NCBI GenBank assembly: GCA_002104905.1
Contig: MCFE01000400.1
Location: 17,340-81,339 of the forward strand
Direction: 5' to 3'
Length of the DNA stretch: 64,000 nt
Source of the DNA: Basidiobolus meristosporus CBS 931.73
Lineage: Eukaryota > Fungi > Basidiobolomycota
A program made the position numbers and the translations under genes. Shown here in pieces: positions 1 to 13,950 of the stretch (position 1 is its first letter; each line of letters starts with the position of its first letter). The notes below the pieces were generated by a model. It saw only the letters and a program-made list of their open reading frames with translations, did not search any database and was not told the DNA's origin.

Positions 1-99
1 TTTCTGGGCATGGGCAGCACAACCAGGTATTTATAGATGCTCTGCACTTGGTGTAATCCATACCATGTCTCAATAAAGTAGAGCCACAGAGTATTCTAC

Positions 100-720
100 T
101 ATAACTCCTACTACTAGGGTATGCAGCTGTGGCAACTGATTCCACCTAAAATTATAGGATGACTTTTGATCATGGATCATAAATCTGGTCATATCAGTCA
201 TTGATCTGTTTGCATGTGCTGCTACTCCATTTTGCTATGGAACTTATGATATAGTAGTATCCTGCTCTATCCAATAAATCTTGCATAAGTGGATGAAGAG
301 CTTTGAGGTATATTCTGCACCACTGTCAGAGTGTATTTTCTTGATTTTTTCTCCAATTTCTCTCTCTAACATCCCTTTAAGCTCCCTGGACTTAGACAGA
401 GCTTCTTTCTTTCTTTCCATGATGTAGACCTACCGGTATCTTGTATGTTCATCAAAAGGCCTGATTAAATACTTGGTCCAGCCTAAGAAAAATTTTTCAT
501 AGGTCACACAGATCTGAGCAAGTAAAATTTAAATTTTTTGTTTTGACTTACCAAGAGCTCTTGGGCAGTTGTCTGGACTGTTCCCCATAGATGCCAGTGT
601 TGCAGTGCTTCAAATTAGCTGGGGGATCAATTTTTACCCAGTGAATTGTTGTGTTGTATTATGATTAGTTTGGGGCTTGTTCTACAATGTAGAGGCTAAT
701 CAACAATTTACAACAACTTT
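100..720 (-). mobile_element. Degenerate Ty1/Copia integrase-region fragment, same family as the element at 53.3-57.2 kb
   Basis: The reverse complement aligns by eye to about 54900-55510, e.g. tacttcatggagagaaaggaagaagctctgtctaag and aaaattgatcccccagctaattt. It is broken by stops and indels. Boundaries are approximate. Confidence 0.75.
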
Positions 721-959
721 AAGTATGCTAATGCTGAAATAGCTTATTGGGAGTTTGATATACCAATAGAAGATATAACTTTCACTAGTATCCTCAATCT
801 TAGGCTCAAAATATACTATAGGCAGTGATTCTCACTTCTATGGCAGTGTTCTGATCTTCTGCTGACTATAAGGCTTATTTACTATTATGGTAACTTTTCC
901 TTATTTGGAAATCACTTTCCTTTCTGTGAAGATATCTCCTAACATGGAAACTCTGAACT

Positions 960-1190
960 CTCCTTTAACCTAAAGGGGTGTGTTGTAGAAGTCTTGAAAG
1001 GGGTCTTTAGACCTAAAGGGGTGTTTTTAGAGCAAAGGGGCATCTTGTAGTGGTTTCTAAAGTGAGCTTAACACTAAAAGGGTGCCTAAAGAGGCTTCTT
1101 TGGAGTATTGGGGTTTCTTAAAGGGGTCTTGAAAGGGGTCTTTAGACTAAAGGGGTGTCTTTATAGTAAAGGGGCTTCTTAGAGGGGACT
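960..1190. repeat. Imperfect short tandem repeats (aaaggggtgt / aaaggggtct units)
   Basis: Recurring taaaggggtgt and gaaaggggtctttagac motifs. Possibly the UTR of a decayed LTR element. Confidence 0.5.
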
Positions 1191-1849
1191 TTTCCAACAG
1201 AAAAGTGGTAGTTTCTTGTAGAACTTAGATTGGATTCTTGTGAGCTTTGCAGTCTCTTTACTGATGTAGTACCAATCAAAGTCAGAATACTCAACAGTGC
1301 AAGTGATGCAGGGGAAGTCTTACAACCTTTAAACTTGTAATCATAGTGTGGAGATTCTGCAAAGAGAGGCTCTCCTTTATTTTTCAGCTGGGAAGTCATA
1401 TATATGGAATTTCTGAAGGATCAGAGTTTTTGGGCAATTGTGCAAGCAATACACGTGACACAAAGCTAAAATCTTGCAATTGCTCAGATTGGACATAGGT
1501 GCACCACCTGTTAAAATTTACGTGATTTGATTGGCTGGTTCAAAAGCCAAATGCAATCAAAGTCACCATAGTAATCCTAACAATAGTGGCCTAGTATTTA
1601 TAATAATTGGACTCTTGGTCATTACTACTGCTTCAAAAGAGCTGTAAATTGAAGCTTGTGTTTGCTACTGCGTGTTCTGTATGATATAATATTCTTGGGT
1701 GGATTGCCTGCCAGGGTCTGGAGTATTTGTTCTTCAAAGTTGGAATTTCTTTATCTTTCACTTGTGTGTTACAATAGCAAAAAGCAAAATAAGGAAATGA
1801 GTTCAATATTGGTTTTGAGATATTGTAGTAATGGAATACTTTCCATTAC

Positions 1850-3310
1850 CACATATCCAGTTCATCCAGTCTTTGCATTTGTATTGTTGCCTATGCATAT
1901 GAATATTAATTGAAGCCTGTAAGAAGTACTTAGAGTAGCAAATACTCTATGCCAATTTGTTCAAATTTCTCCAGTATCTCAAAGGGCTCATTCAGCTTGA
2001 AATGCCCTATGTACAACTTGGTCATCAGTAAAGGGATATTGTTGAAAAGCATATACATTGCTCCCAGTGGAAAGCTTTTGCTCCAACAGATACCCTCTAT
2101 CTTAAGTATCTCTGATCTCCAATTGATTCCATATTCTGGCCAATGGCTTATAGCATGCAACCTTTGCTGCAATTGCATGCTGACATCTGTACATTTGCTC
2201 TGTGGAAAGATGTTGTTCTTATGCTGGTGTTTGTGTAATAATAATATGCTTGAGTTATGGAGTAAATCCCCTGGATCTCACACATTCAATAGCAATACTA
2301 TCCATTGTGCCTGGGATAACCTGCTATTATGCAGATGGCTGGGGTATCTCCAATGCGGATAACAATAAGCACTTTTACATGACAACCATTTACTGTTATC
2401 CTGCTGGAAAGCATACAAAATTCATGCAGCAATGGATACAGGTAGCTATCCAGGTTGGACGGTAATATAGGCCCAGATACCAGTGAGACTAGCATCAGAT
2501 TATTGCTATGATACTGCAAGATGGGCAGCAGATTCAGATTGATAAGTACCAGTGGCCAGTAAGATTTGCTAATAGAGTACTTGTTTAATGAGAAGCTATC
2601 ATGTGCTTAAGCAAAGGCATGGTCATACATACCTTTGAAGTAACCCTTGCTTCTGTAGCTGTTTGTAATATTTGCCATCAAATATATTGAATATGTTTGT
2701 GCTTGAGTCATACTGAGTGCAGTGCTGTATAGCTTTGCAATCATTTATTGGACTGTATTAGCTTCCTCAGATGGGGTATGACTGGAATATATCCAGAGTG
2801 TGAACAATGATTTCCTTCAATAGTGGTGGATTCCCAATAATTTGGAAATGTTGCAATGGTAGTATTTTTGGATGTGAATGCCATGCAACTGTTAACACAT
2901 GCAGGAATCAGGACAGTCTCTGGATCATATGTTGCCAGTGCATGATGATTGTCCACCTGTACCATGTACATGGTAAGTTGCATCCTGGTATGATTTTGGC
3001 AAGATGTAGTATTAAATCCTCAAAGCCCCTATTACTAATATTAGTGGATCTGCCCCACTTCTCTAGCCACAACATTACCTCATTCACCAATAGATGGATC
3101 ACTGGGCTCACTTGGCTCTAAGAAGTATTCTTAGCATTTGTTTTGGCGGGTGTTGTCTCAATGCATATTGGGACTTGACTGGGCTCATACATGGTACTGT
3201 TGTTAGGGGAGATAGGCTCAAAATCCATCAGTGAACCTTCTTTGTCAGAGCTATCACTCTGTGTGCCATATTCAGAAGGCTGAGGTGAGCCTAAAGGTGT
3301 CACAAACTCA
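1850..3310 (-). pseudogene. CACTA (Tnp2/Transposase_21-type) transposase remnant
   Basis: Fragments LATYDPETVLIPACVNSCMAF, VSGPILPSNLDSYLYPLLHEF and FPLGAMYMLFNNIP, interrupted by stops and frameshifts. Confidence 0.8.
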
Positions 3311-3939
3311 CCTGACTCAGTTTGCTACAAGATGACACAGTACAGCCAGGTTGCAATATGAAGTATCAACTGGCCAGCAAGATAATGCTGGTACAGTAGT
3401 GACAAATGAATGGTCAAATATGACTTGGGTGGCAATACAGTCAGCTGTGATCCTTATAATACTTCCTATGCTGTCTGCGTGCTTCATGGCTGAGAGGCTT
3501 GCCACAATTGCCACATGGTGTTTTTTCTCTTCTTTTGCAATATTGAGTCAAAGTAGTCTTCTCTATGGGGCAAACAGTTTGACCTTCAACAACGTAATGC
3601 TATTGTATCACTTTATGGATCAATACTCATGTGAACCTAAGACAGTCTTATATTTGAGACATTGCACCTACATAAATGTAAGATTCAATGATGACCCACC
3701 ATAGTAAGCATTGTAAATAAAGTTGTGGCACCACATACACATCCATATGTAACACTATTTCCCCTTTGGTTTGACTCACTTCCATATATATGCTGCCAAA
3801 AAAAAGCAAAGCCATCTGGTTCCCATCCAAACCCCCTGCTAACAGCCACAGAAGAACAGTTGGACAACAGCTTGCTTTGGCATTCAGTGCAACAAGCAGT
3901 GGGATACATCCTACAAAAGGCCCTGTACACAGTGTGCCA

Positions 3940-5760
3940 TTGAAGATGATAATGCAGACTCCTCAGGCTCTCAGTCAAGTGAGCAATTGAGAACCTCTGT
4001 GGAGCCACAAGCTTACCATTATGCTTAGGTAGATGAGAATGTAGCAAATGCAGTACCCACAGCTGAAGACCAGCAAGTGGCCATGATAACATTGCCACCA
4101 TCCATATTAGTAAGTATGTTGGCAGCTCATACCAAAGCATTAATAGAGCAATTAGGTGCAGTGACTGATAGGATAGATGCAATGGCCCAGAGAAATCAGA
4201 AAATAGTCCAGAAACAGGATGAGCAGATAATATGTGTAGTGCAATCAATATCTCCAGTAGAGAAGGCAGTATCTTTGCATGCAAAGAAGGAACTCAAGTA
4301 GCTCAATGTCACAGCTAAGAATTGAGCCATTTCCCAATGTAACAGCAGAGGAACATCATACAGTCTTTGAAGCACAACAACAGTGCCCAAAGATAAAGCC
4401 CACAGAAAAACTATCACAGAGGGAAGGGAGATAATGTGGTGTCTATACCAAAGCCTAAAAATCAAAAGACATTGAAGATCTGTGAAGCTGCTGAGAGCAA
4501 TAAGAAGAGTGGGCTAATATATCAGAGGTATCAGAAGTCTGGCATGCCATCACCTTAAGGCTGGCATACCATGGGACCATCAGGAACTCCAGGCCAAGCA
4601 GAATGCACATGACTTGTTCCATGAGCATTATCCTGGATTCAAATGGGCAAATGAATTTTGGGCCAGCATTGGTATGTTAAGAAAGTATCTTAGGTATAGC
4701 AGAAGCTATCAAAAGCAGAAGAACAAGGGCATCATGGCTGAAAATCTGCAGCTTCCTCAAGAGCCGGTTACAAGCAGGGCCAAAAGCTCCAGACAAGAGT
4801 CAAAGAGATGTCAGGCAGCTGGAGGAGTGCCAATTAGGAAGAAGCAGGCAGACACAGATGCACCAGTACAACATTTATCAAGGAAAAAGTGTAGTACCAC
4901 TCAAGAAGCACGCAGTCAAAGTAGTAGTGAAGGACCTGGCAGTAATAAAACCAGCAGCTTTTACCGGAGCCCTTCACAGTTATGGATGAGAGCTCAAAAC
5001 AAGCGGAAAAGAAACGTCAGGCTGCCAGGATAGTGTCATGATCACATGACAACCATGAACACCCATGCCAAGTTTCAGCTTCCTAGCTCAATTTCTAAGA
5101 GATTCCTTCTGGAACCTTCTACCACCTTCCAGAAAGTTCTTGACCATCCAAACCATTGTTACACAATGGAACATTCCATGGAAGCTTTCCAGTGTATTTT
5201 TATAGTCCAGTACCATATATGGAAATACCAGGTCACATGACTTAGTCACATGATCAGGTGACCCAATCCATTTCCCCATCCTGTCTCAGTGCCGTGTCAT
5301 CTATGTCATTATCCCCAGCACCATTGCTGTGCCTCACCCCACAACCCCATTAGTATTAGCTAATATCTCTTGGCATCAGTATAACCAAAAAGTATATATA
5401 GTCCTATCCCCCCTTAAGTATTCCTCAGTCTGATAAACACAGGTCTTGAATAAATAGCCTTGCCTTGAATCCTGCCTTGCCTTGATGGTCCACACCTAAG
5501 TCCTTCCCTGCCATGCCTAGCTTTTCCTCCTGCCTTGTGTCTATTCATAACAGATAGTGCCAGCAAGGGACAAGCAGGCCATAACAAATGTGTTAGAGCA
5601 AAATGTATCCAGGAGAAAATGTAGTTCTTCACAAGAAGTGCTCAGAAAAAGTAGCAGTGAAAGACCTGGTAGTGATAAAGGAAAAGGTAAAGGGGAAAAT
5701 GTCTACTCAAGCCTGAGACAGGGAGTCATGCAAAAAAAATTGCAGTTCTTGCCAATTGAC
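3940..5760 (+). pseudogene. CACTA ORF2 remnant (coiled coil plus SSSEGPGSDK repeats), interrupted by a solo LTR
   Basis: Homologous to ORFs 9967-10494 and 9125-9604 on the minus strand. Confidence 0.6.
5034..5552. mobile_element. Solo LTR, 519 bp
   Basis: Termini TGTCATG...CATAACA with a 5-bp TSD GATAG (5029-5033 and 5553-5557). The uninterrupted homologous site is present in copy C near 9445. Confidence 0.85.
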
Positions 5761-5961
5761 TTGTTTGATTGTGCCATTGATCATAGTGCCAGAGAGTGCC
5801 GTATATTTTGCTATTAATTTGATATTTTAGGGCCATATGCATGTCAATTTTGATCCCAAATAGTCACTGTATGGCACCATCTGGCACTCAGTGGCAAGAT
5901 CAGACACCATCTGGCACTCTGTGGCAAGATCAGGCACCATCTGGCATGCTATGGCACTATT

Positions 5962-6310
5962 TGTTGTAAAAACTTGTAATTCCACCTAAATATTTACCTA
6001 ACTTAGTCACTTAGATCATTACCCTCAAATCCTAGAGAATACTGACCAAATTCCTTGTTGGGATTTACTTAGAATATTTTCACCAAAATACCAGGTACCC
6101 AGAACATGAAAATTCTCAAAGTTGTCTAAACAGCCCCAAACTTTGCAAACATGTTCTTGGGACCTTCCATAATCAATTCTACGTGTTTGTAATGCCAAGA
6201 CCAGGTAAAAGTATAAATACTACTTTTACATTCAATAAATCATTAAGTGAAAACCACATAATCTACTTGTTCTCCCAATCACTTCCAGTATCTCCAAGAC
6301 TCTTACAACA
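5962..6310 (+). mobile_element. Solo LTR of the Copia family at 53295, 349 bp
   Basis: Termini TGTTGTAA...TTACAACA with a 5-bp TSD CTATT on both sides. Same length as, and highly similar to, the LTR at 53295-53643. Confidence 0.92.
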
Positions 6311-7305
6311 CTATTTGGCACTATGATCAGCTGGAATGATGGAACAAGTCTAATCAACACTGCAAGCCCAGAACTTACTGAATTCCATCATAGCCAAGAA
6401 GAATTAACAATAAGAAAACAGCAGTGTTAACATGAGTTGGATGCACAGTCAGGTGAGCTACACTCCAGCAAGGTAGATGAGTTTGCTGAAAAAGGCAATT
6501 TGTCTACCACAGCCTCCCTATCCTCCACAGTTGACAGAGTGGAGATCCCACTGTGAGAGAAGGCTACAACATCAAGAGCTCAAAAGACTATCACAATGCC
6601 TTCAGTGGAATTTTGGAACATCAATAGGCACACCAAGAGGTTGCAGCACTTCTTCATGAGCAGTCCTCAAGAAAACACACTTATATTTTGCAAGGATTTA
6701 TTACAAAAACTGGCAGACAAGGTGATAGACCTTGCAGTGCCAGCTGAAGACCAGGACATGTGGGAACTAGTGAATGTACAGTGGCATAAAGCCATTGGGT
6801 TCCCACCAAAGTTGTGGAACCAGCATGTTACAGCAGAGATACTTATTGAGCGGTGGATCTTAATGGAGTTACTTGTTGAGTGTAGGGTTGTCTTAAGGAT
6901 AGTATAGGGTACAGGGACTTGTATAGGTCAATACAATTGGCAATTGAGGTACAACTGAAGTTCCAACGGAAATAAATCATTTTGTAAACATGAAAATCAA
7001 GAGAAACAGTAGAGTCGGGAAGTAGGAGTGTATAAAGAAAGGGAATAGCCAATCAAAGCATGCAAATGTAGTAGGTAATTGAGTGTCCAGGATCAGAAAG
7101 TAAGCGAGTTGGCAGGGAACCAATCAAGTGCAACTTATACATTGTTGTGATGAAAATTTTGAATAAGTTTTTTGATAAATCTGTGGTGCAATTATTTCCC
7201 AACTGTCCCTGGATGGTGTCCTGGTGGGATCAGTACCTCTTAGTTTCAGGACTTTAAGTTTGTGATGGCCTTTTAGCAGGATCTTCTCAATAATTTTTCT
7301 TAGGG

Positions 7306-8480
7306 AATATAACAGCAGAGGAACACCATAGAGTCTTTGAAGAACAACAACAGCACCTAAAGATAAAGCGCTCAGAAAAATGTATCACAGCATGGGAGGG
7401 AGAGACTTGTGTTTTTATACCCAAGCCTAAAAATCAAATGATGTTGAAGATCTATGAAGCCATTGAGTGCAAAAATGAAGTGTGGGCTAATATCCAAGAT
7501 CTGTTGGATGTCTAGCATGGCATCATCTTAAGGACAGCATACCATGGGCCATCAGGAACTCAAGGCCAAGCAGAATGTGCTTCACCTATTCCATGGGCAA
7601 TATCCTGGATTCAGGCAAGCAAACAACTTTTGGGCCAGCATTGGAATGCTAAGAGAGTATCTCAAGATTAGCAGAAACTATCAAAGGCAGAAGAACAAGC
7701 AAGCCATGGCTAAAAACCAGCAGCTTCCTCAAGAGCTTATCATAAGCAAGGCTAAAAGCTCCAAGCATGTGGCAAAGAAATGTTGGGTGGCCATAAGAGT
7801 ATCAGCAAGGGACAGGCAGGCAGAAGTAGATGTAACAGTGCAGTATGTATCAAGGATAAAATATATATCAATACAAGTAGCACTTGGTCACAGTATCAGT
7901 GAAGAACTTGACAGTTATAATAAATATGGCTTTCTCAGGAACCTGTCACAAGCAAGGCTGGAAGCTCTGAACAAGCAGGAAAGAAATGTCAGGTTCTTGG
8001 GAGAGTGCTGGCAAGGGACAAGCAGGCAAAAACAAATGCAGCATTCATCAAGGAGAAAGCAAAGTACAATACAAGAAGCACTTGATCACAGTAGCAGTGA
8101 AGAACTTAACAGTGATAAAAACCTGTGGCTTTCTCAGGAGCCTGTTGCAAACTGGGCTGATAGTCTCAAGCAAGTGGCTAAGAAATGTCAGGTTACCAGG
8201 AGAGTGCTGGCAAGGGATAACCAGGCAAAAATGAATGCACCAGTGCAGCATTGATTATGGAGAAAACAGAGTACCACACAAGAGCACTCAGTCAAATTAG
8301 CAGTGAAAGACTTGGCAGTGATAAAGGTTAAGGTAAAGAGAGAAAGGTCTACCAAAGCCAGAGGGAGGAAAACATCAGAAAAAGGCAGCAGTTCTCACCA
8401 ATTAACACTATCAGCCCAGAGCAGGCTGAATCCCAGCATAGCTAAGAAAAATTACCAACTAGACAACAGCTGTTTTCTCA
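7306..8480 (+). mobile_element. Internal fragment (copy B) of the same CACTA family, ORF2 region
   Basis: Starts with aacagcagaggaacaccatagagtctttgaag, which matches about 4340. ORF 7544-8254 is homologous to 4614-5033. Confidence 0.7.
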
Positions 8481-9099
8481 ACCTATGAAAAATTATTGAG
8501 ATGATCCCATCAAAACGCTGTCACAGAGTTAAAGTCCTGTGACTAAGAGGTACTAATACCATCAGGACACTGTCCAGAGACCATTGAAAAATAATTGCAC
8601 CCCAGATCTCACAAAAAACGTAGTTAAAATTCTTCATCACAATAATGTATAGGTGGCTTCTGATTGGTTCCTGGCCAATTTGCTCACTTTCTGATCCTGG
8701 ACACTCTATTACCTCCTACATTTGTGTACATTGGATTGGCTATTGCCTCTTTTTCACACTATTTACTTCCTAACTCAACATTTTCTGTTACTTTTCTTGT
8801 GTACAAATTGATTTATTTCTGTTAAAACCTTAGTTTTACCTCAATTGCCAATTGTATTGGCCTATGCAATCCCAATATCCTACACTAACCTTAAGCCCAA
8901 CCCCACACTCAATAAGTATTTCTGCTGTAGAGCTCTGATTCCACAACTTTGGCAGGAACCCAATGACTTTATACCACTGTTCTTTTCATTGGTTCCCAAA
9001 TCTCCTAGTCTTCAGCCAGCACTGCAAGGTCTAGCACCTCATCTGCCAGTCTTTGCAATAAATCCTTGCAAAATATAAGCATGTTTTCTTGAGGACCGC

Positions 9100-10494
9100 T
9101 CATGAAGAAGTGCTGCAAACACATCTACCTTGCTAGAGTGTATCTCAACTGGCTCTGCTTCCAACTCTTGTGAAAACAGCTGCTTTCTTGTTGGTAATTC
9201 TTCTTGGCTATGTAGGGATTCAGTCTGCTCCAGGCTTGTGGCATTAATTGGCAACAACTGCAGTTTTTTTGCATGCCTCCCTGTCTCAGGTTTGGGTAGA
9301 CACTTTTCCCTTTATTTGTTCCTTTATCACTGCCAGGTCTTTCACTGCTACTTTGTCTGAGTGCTTCTTGTAATAAGCTATGTTTTCTCCTTGATAAATT
9401 CTGTTCTGATGCATCTGTCTTGGCCTGCTTGTCCCTTGCTGGCACTCTTCTGGCAACCTGAAGTTTCTTTTCTGCTTGTTTTGAGCTCTCAACCATAGTT
9501 GTGACAGACTCCTGTAAAAGCTGCTGGTTTTTATCACTGCCAGGTCCTTCACTGCTACTTTGACTGAGTGCTTCTTGAGTGGTACTATGCTTTTCCTTGA
9601 TCAATGTTGTGCTGGTGAATATGTGTCTGCCTGCTTGTCCCTAATTGGCACTCTTCCAGCTCCCTGATGTCTCTTTGACACTTGCCTGACGCTTTTGGCC
9701 CTGCTTGTAACAAGTGCTTGAGGAAGCCACTGATTTTTAGCCATGGCACCCTTGTTCTTCTGCCTTTGGTAGCTTCTGCTATTCTTATGATACTTTCTTA
9801 GCGTACCAATGCTGGCCTAAAATCTGTTTGCCTTTTTGAATCCAGGATAACGCTCATGGAACAAGTCAAGTGCATCCTGCTTGGCCTTGAGTTCCTGATG
9901 GCCCCATGGTATGCTGGCCTTAAGGTGATGGCATGCTGGACTTCTGACAGCCTCTTGAATATTTGCCTACTCCTCATTACTGCACTCAACAGCTTCATGG
10001 ATCTTCAATGTCTTTTGATTTTTAGGCTTTAGTATAGACACTACATTGTCTCCCTCCCATGATGTGATAGGTTTTTCTGAGGGCTTTATCTTTGGGCACT
10101 GTTGTTGTGCTTCAAAGACTGTATGGTATTCCTGTGCTGTTACATTGGGAAATGGCTCAATTCTTGGCAGTGACATTGAACTACTTGAGTTCCTTCTTTG
10201 CAGCAAAGATACTTCCTTCTCTACCTGGGATATTGATTGCTCTACACATATTATCTGCTCATCCTGTTTCTGGACTATTTCCTGATTTCCCTGGGCCATT
10301 GCATCTATCCTATCAGCCACTGCATCTAATTGTTTCATTAATGCTTTGGTATGAGCTGCCAACATGCTTGCTAATATGAGTGGTGGTGTTGTTATTGTGG
10401 CCACTTGCTGGTCCTCAACTGAGGGTAATGCACTTGCTACATTCTCATCTACCTGAGTGTAATGGTCAGCTTGTGGCTCCACAGAGGTTATCAA
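9100..10494 (-). pseudogene. CACTA ORF2 (TnpA-like accessory protein) remnant
   Basis: ORFs 9967-10494 and 9125-9604 show a heptad-like segment (LMKQLDAVADRIDAMAQGNQEIVQKQDEQI) and repeated QSSSE(G/R)PGSDK. Confidence 0.6.
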
Positions 10495-11173
10495 TTGCCT
10501 ACTTGACTGAGAGCCTTAGGAGTCTGCATTATCATCTTCAATGGCACACTGTGTACAGAACCATTTTTTAGATGTAGCCCTGCTTGTTGCATTGAATGTT
10601 GAAGCAAGCTGCTGTCCAACCATTCTTCTGTTGCCATCAGCAGTGGGGTTGGGATGGGAGCCAGACAACTTTGCTTTATTATTTGGCAGCATATATATGG
10701 AAGTGAGTCAAGCCAAAGGAGAAATAGTGTTATATATATGTGTATGTGGTGCAACAGCTGTATTTATAATGCTTAATATGGTGGGTCATCATTTAATCTT
10801 ACATTTATGTAGGTGCAATGTCTCAAATACAGGACTGTCTTAAGTTCACATGAGTATTGACCATAAAGTGATATAATAGTGTTATGTTGTTGAAGGTCAA
10901 ACTGTTTGCCCCATAGAGAAGACTACTTTGACTCAATATTGCAAAAGAAGAGAAAAAAGACCATGTGGCAATTGTGGCAAGCCTCTCAGCCATGAAGCAT
11001 GCAAATAGCATAGAAAGTATTATAAGGATCACAGCCACTGTATTGCTACCCAAGTCATATTTGACCATTCATTGGTCACTACTGTACCAACATTATCTTG
11101 CTGGCCAGTTGATACTTCTGTATTGGCACCTGGCTGTCTTTGTCACCTAGTGTAAACTGAGTTAGGTGAGCTT

Positions 11174-13950
11174 GTGGCACCTTTAGGCTCACCTCAGCCA
11201 TCTGAATGTGGCACACAGAATGATAGTTCTGACAAAGAAGGTTCACTGATGGATTTTGAGCCTATCTCCCCTAATAACAGTACCATATATGAGCCTGGTC
11301 AAATCCAATATGCAATGAGACAACACTCACTGAAACAAGTGCCAAAGATACTTTATGGAGCCAAGTGGGCCCAGTAATCCATCTACTAGTGAATGATGTA
11401 ATGTTGTGGCTAGAGAAGTGGCATGTTTCCACTAATTACAGTAATGGGGGCTTTGAGGATTTATTACAACATCTTGCCAAGATCATACCAGGATGCAACT
11501 TACAAAGTACATGGTACAAGTGGACAACCATCATGCGGCTGGCAACATATGATCCAGAGACTGTCCTGATTCCAGCATGTGTTAACAGTTGCATGGCATT
11601 CACATCTGAAAATGCCACCACTGCAATGTGGCCAAATTGTCAGGAATCCACCACCATTGAGGGAAAATATTGTTCACACTCTGGATATATTCCGGTAATA
11701 TTCCATCTGAGGAAGCTGATGCAGTCCACCAAATATCACAAAGCTATAAAGTACCACACACAGTATCAATCAAGCGCAAGCATATCCAATATATTTGATG
11801 GCAAATATTACAAACAGCTAAGAAGCAAGGGCTACTTCAAAGGTAAGTATGACCATGGCTTTGCTTTAGCACTTGATGGCTTCCCATTAAACAAGTACTC
11901 TACCAGCAAATCCTGCTGGCCACTGATTCTCATCAATCTGAGTCTGCTGTGCATCTTACAGTATCAGAGTAATAATATGATGGTAGTCTCACTCTGTATC
12001 TGGGCCTAAATCACCATCTTACCTGGATAGCTACCTGTATCCATTGCTGGATGAATTATGTATGCTTTCCAGGAGGATAACAGTAAAGGGCTGTCATGTC
12101 AAAGTGCTGATTGTTATCTGCATTGGAGATACCCCAGCCATCTGCATAATAGCAGGTTATCCCAAGCACAATGGACGGTATTGCTGCTGAATGTTTGAGA
12201 TCTAGGGGATTTACTCCCTAACTCATGCACATTATTATTACCCAAACACCAGCACTACGAACAACATCTTTCCACAGGGAGAACATACAGAAGTCAGCAT
12301 ACAATTGCAGCAAAGTTGGCAAGCTATAAGCCATTGGCTGGAATATGGAATCAATTGGAAACCAGAGATACTTAAGATAAAGGGTATCTGTTGGGGAAAA
12401 AGCTTTCCACTGGGAGGAATGCATTTGCTTTTCAACAATATCCCAACACTGATGACCAAGTTGTACATGGGGCATTTCAAGCTAAATGAGCCCTTTGAGA
12501 TACCAGAGGAATTTGAAAGAATTGGCAAGATATTACAGAGTATTTACTACCCCAAGTACTTCTTGCAGGCTCCAATCAATATTCATATGCATATGCAACA
12601 ATACAAATGCAAAGACTGGATGAATTGGATATGTATTTATTCAAGTAATGTTCAGAAACCATTCCTACAAGGAGTACCTTGGAAGCATTGGGAGTCATAT
12701 GTGGACATTGTAGGAATATTTATCCATAAGTGGATCACCAATGCCAACTTGACACATCTACAGTTGTTGTGCAAGCAGTTTGCAATGGGATTTGAGTGGC
12801 TATACTACAAACATAATGCTGAACAAGTAGATCTCAGCTGTTACTGTATACATTCACTACTCCATCTTGCACAGTGTGTGGAGTATATTGGGCCTTGCTT
12901 TGCCTTTTGGGAGTGTCCTATGGAGCAGATGCATGGGAAGATAGGAAGACAAGTCAAGTTGCAAGTACTACCCTATCCCAATCTCATCAAGAATATTACC
13001 ATCAAGTCTGTCATGGATGTGATGAGTTGGCACATGGAGGAAGAGTTAGAAAGTACTGAGGACAAATGTGCACATGGAGACACCTATGTATATAGCATTA
13101 AGAAGCTAAGCAGCCCCAATGCATGTGTAATCAGTTAAGTAATGCAAAGTTGGGTTGGGTGCAACAAGCAACTAATTTTTTTTAGGAAAACTCTACCAAG
13201 GTATGCTGGATTTCTCTTGGTCACAAGCCAACATCTACACCATTCAATACAGAACTCACACAAACAAGAGCTAGAGCACACCTATAAGGGGGACTAGAAT
13301 CCAGCAGGGAGAAGGAATGTATTGGCTAAATACCAAGAAGTTCTTTGCAGATATTCATGGGGTATTCATGGCAGAAGTGGCAACAACCAAGCATATGTTT
13401 GCAAGATGTATATGTTACCAGCAGTACAAGCTATATGGCAACTTGGCAGGTATCACACTAGAAAGCCGTAAAGTTGAGGTGATAGAAGTGTGTCAATTGT
13501 GATAGGTGTGCATGTTTGTAGAGGTTAGTAAGCAGGAGGCCATAGTTTTTTTTGATTCAAACTATATGTGGAATACCCAAGGTAGTAGTGGGTAAGCAAA
13601 TAAAGAGAGGTGACTCTACAGTGGAATATATGAATTGCGCAAGGGGAGGTGGAAAAAGGAAATACCATTTGGTAAATTGGTATGGTAGCATTATACAAAA
13701 CCAGCTGTTGGCTGCCATATAGCCAATATAATGCCATCAGAGTCTTGCTCAGGGCTTGTTAAAATACCGTCAAGTTTCTTGCCATATAAGGCAATTAGAT
13801 GTCCTGGCTGGTTGAATCCATTTACAGTAGTTGTAGAGCACAAAAAGACCACAACAATACCATGCAATTATTGTCACAGCATCAATCAAGCACCATCAAG
13901 CTTCATCATCTTATTTGGTAGTAAAACTAGCAAAATTCCATTGTGATCCT
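11174..13950 (+). pseudogene. CACTA transposase remnant
   Basis: SNIFDGKYYKQL...ALALDGF...CWPLILINL, then HSLLHLAQCVEYIGPCFAFWECPMEQMHG, which are typical Tnp2/EnSpm motifs. Multiple stops, several consistent with CGA>TGA decay. Confidence 0.85.

Larger units (their letters stand above)
1850..7305 (-). mobile_element. Degenerate CACTA/CMC-EnSpm DNA transposon, copy A (one terminus at 7305, the other end lost)
   Basis: Inverted homolog of 8481-12635. Its terminus reads CCCTAAGAAAAATTATTGAG on the minus strand. It carries transposase and ORF2 remnants and two solo LTR insertions. Confidence 0.75.

Noticed and set aside
740-1650. Possible decayed gag/LTR element including ORF 1142-1399
   Set aside because: No diagnostic motif or LTR boundary could be established.
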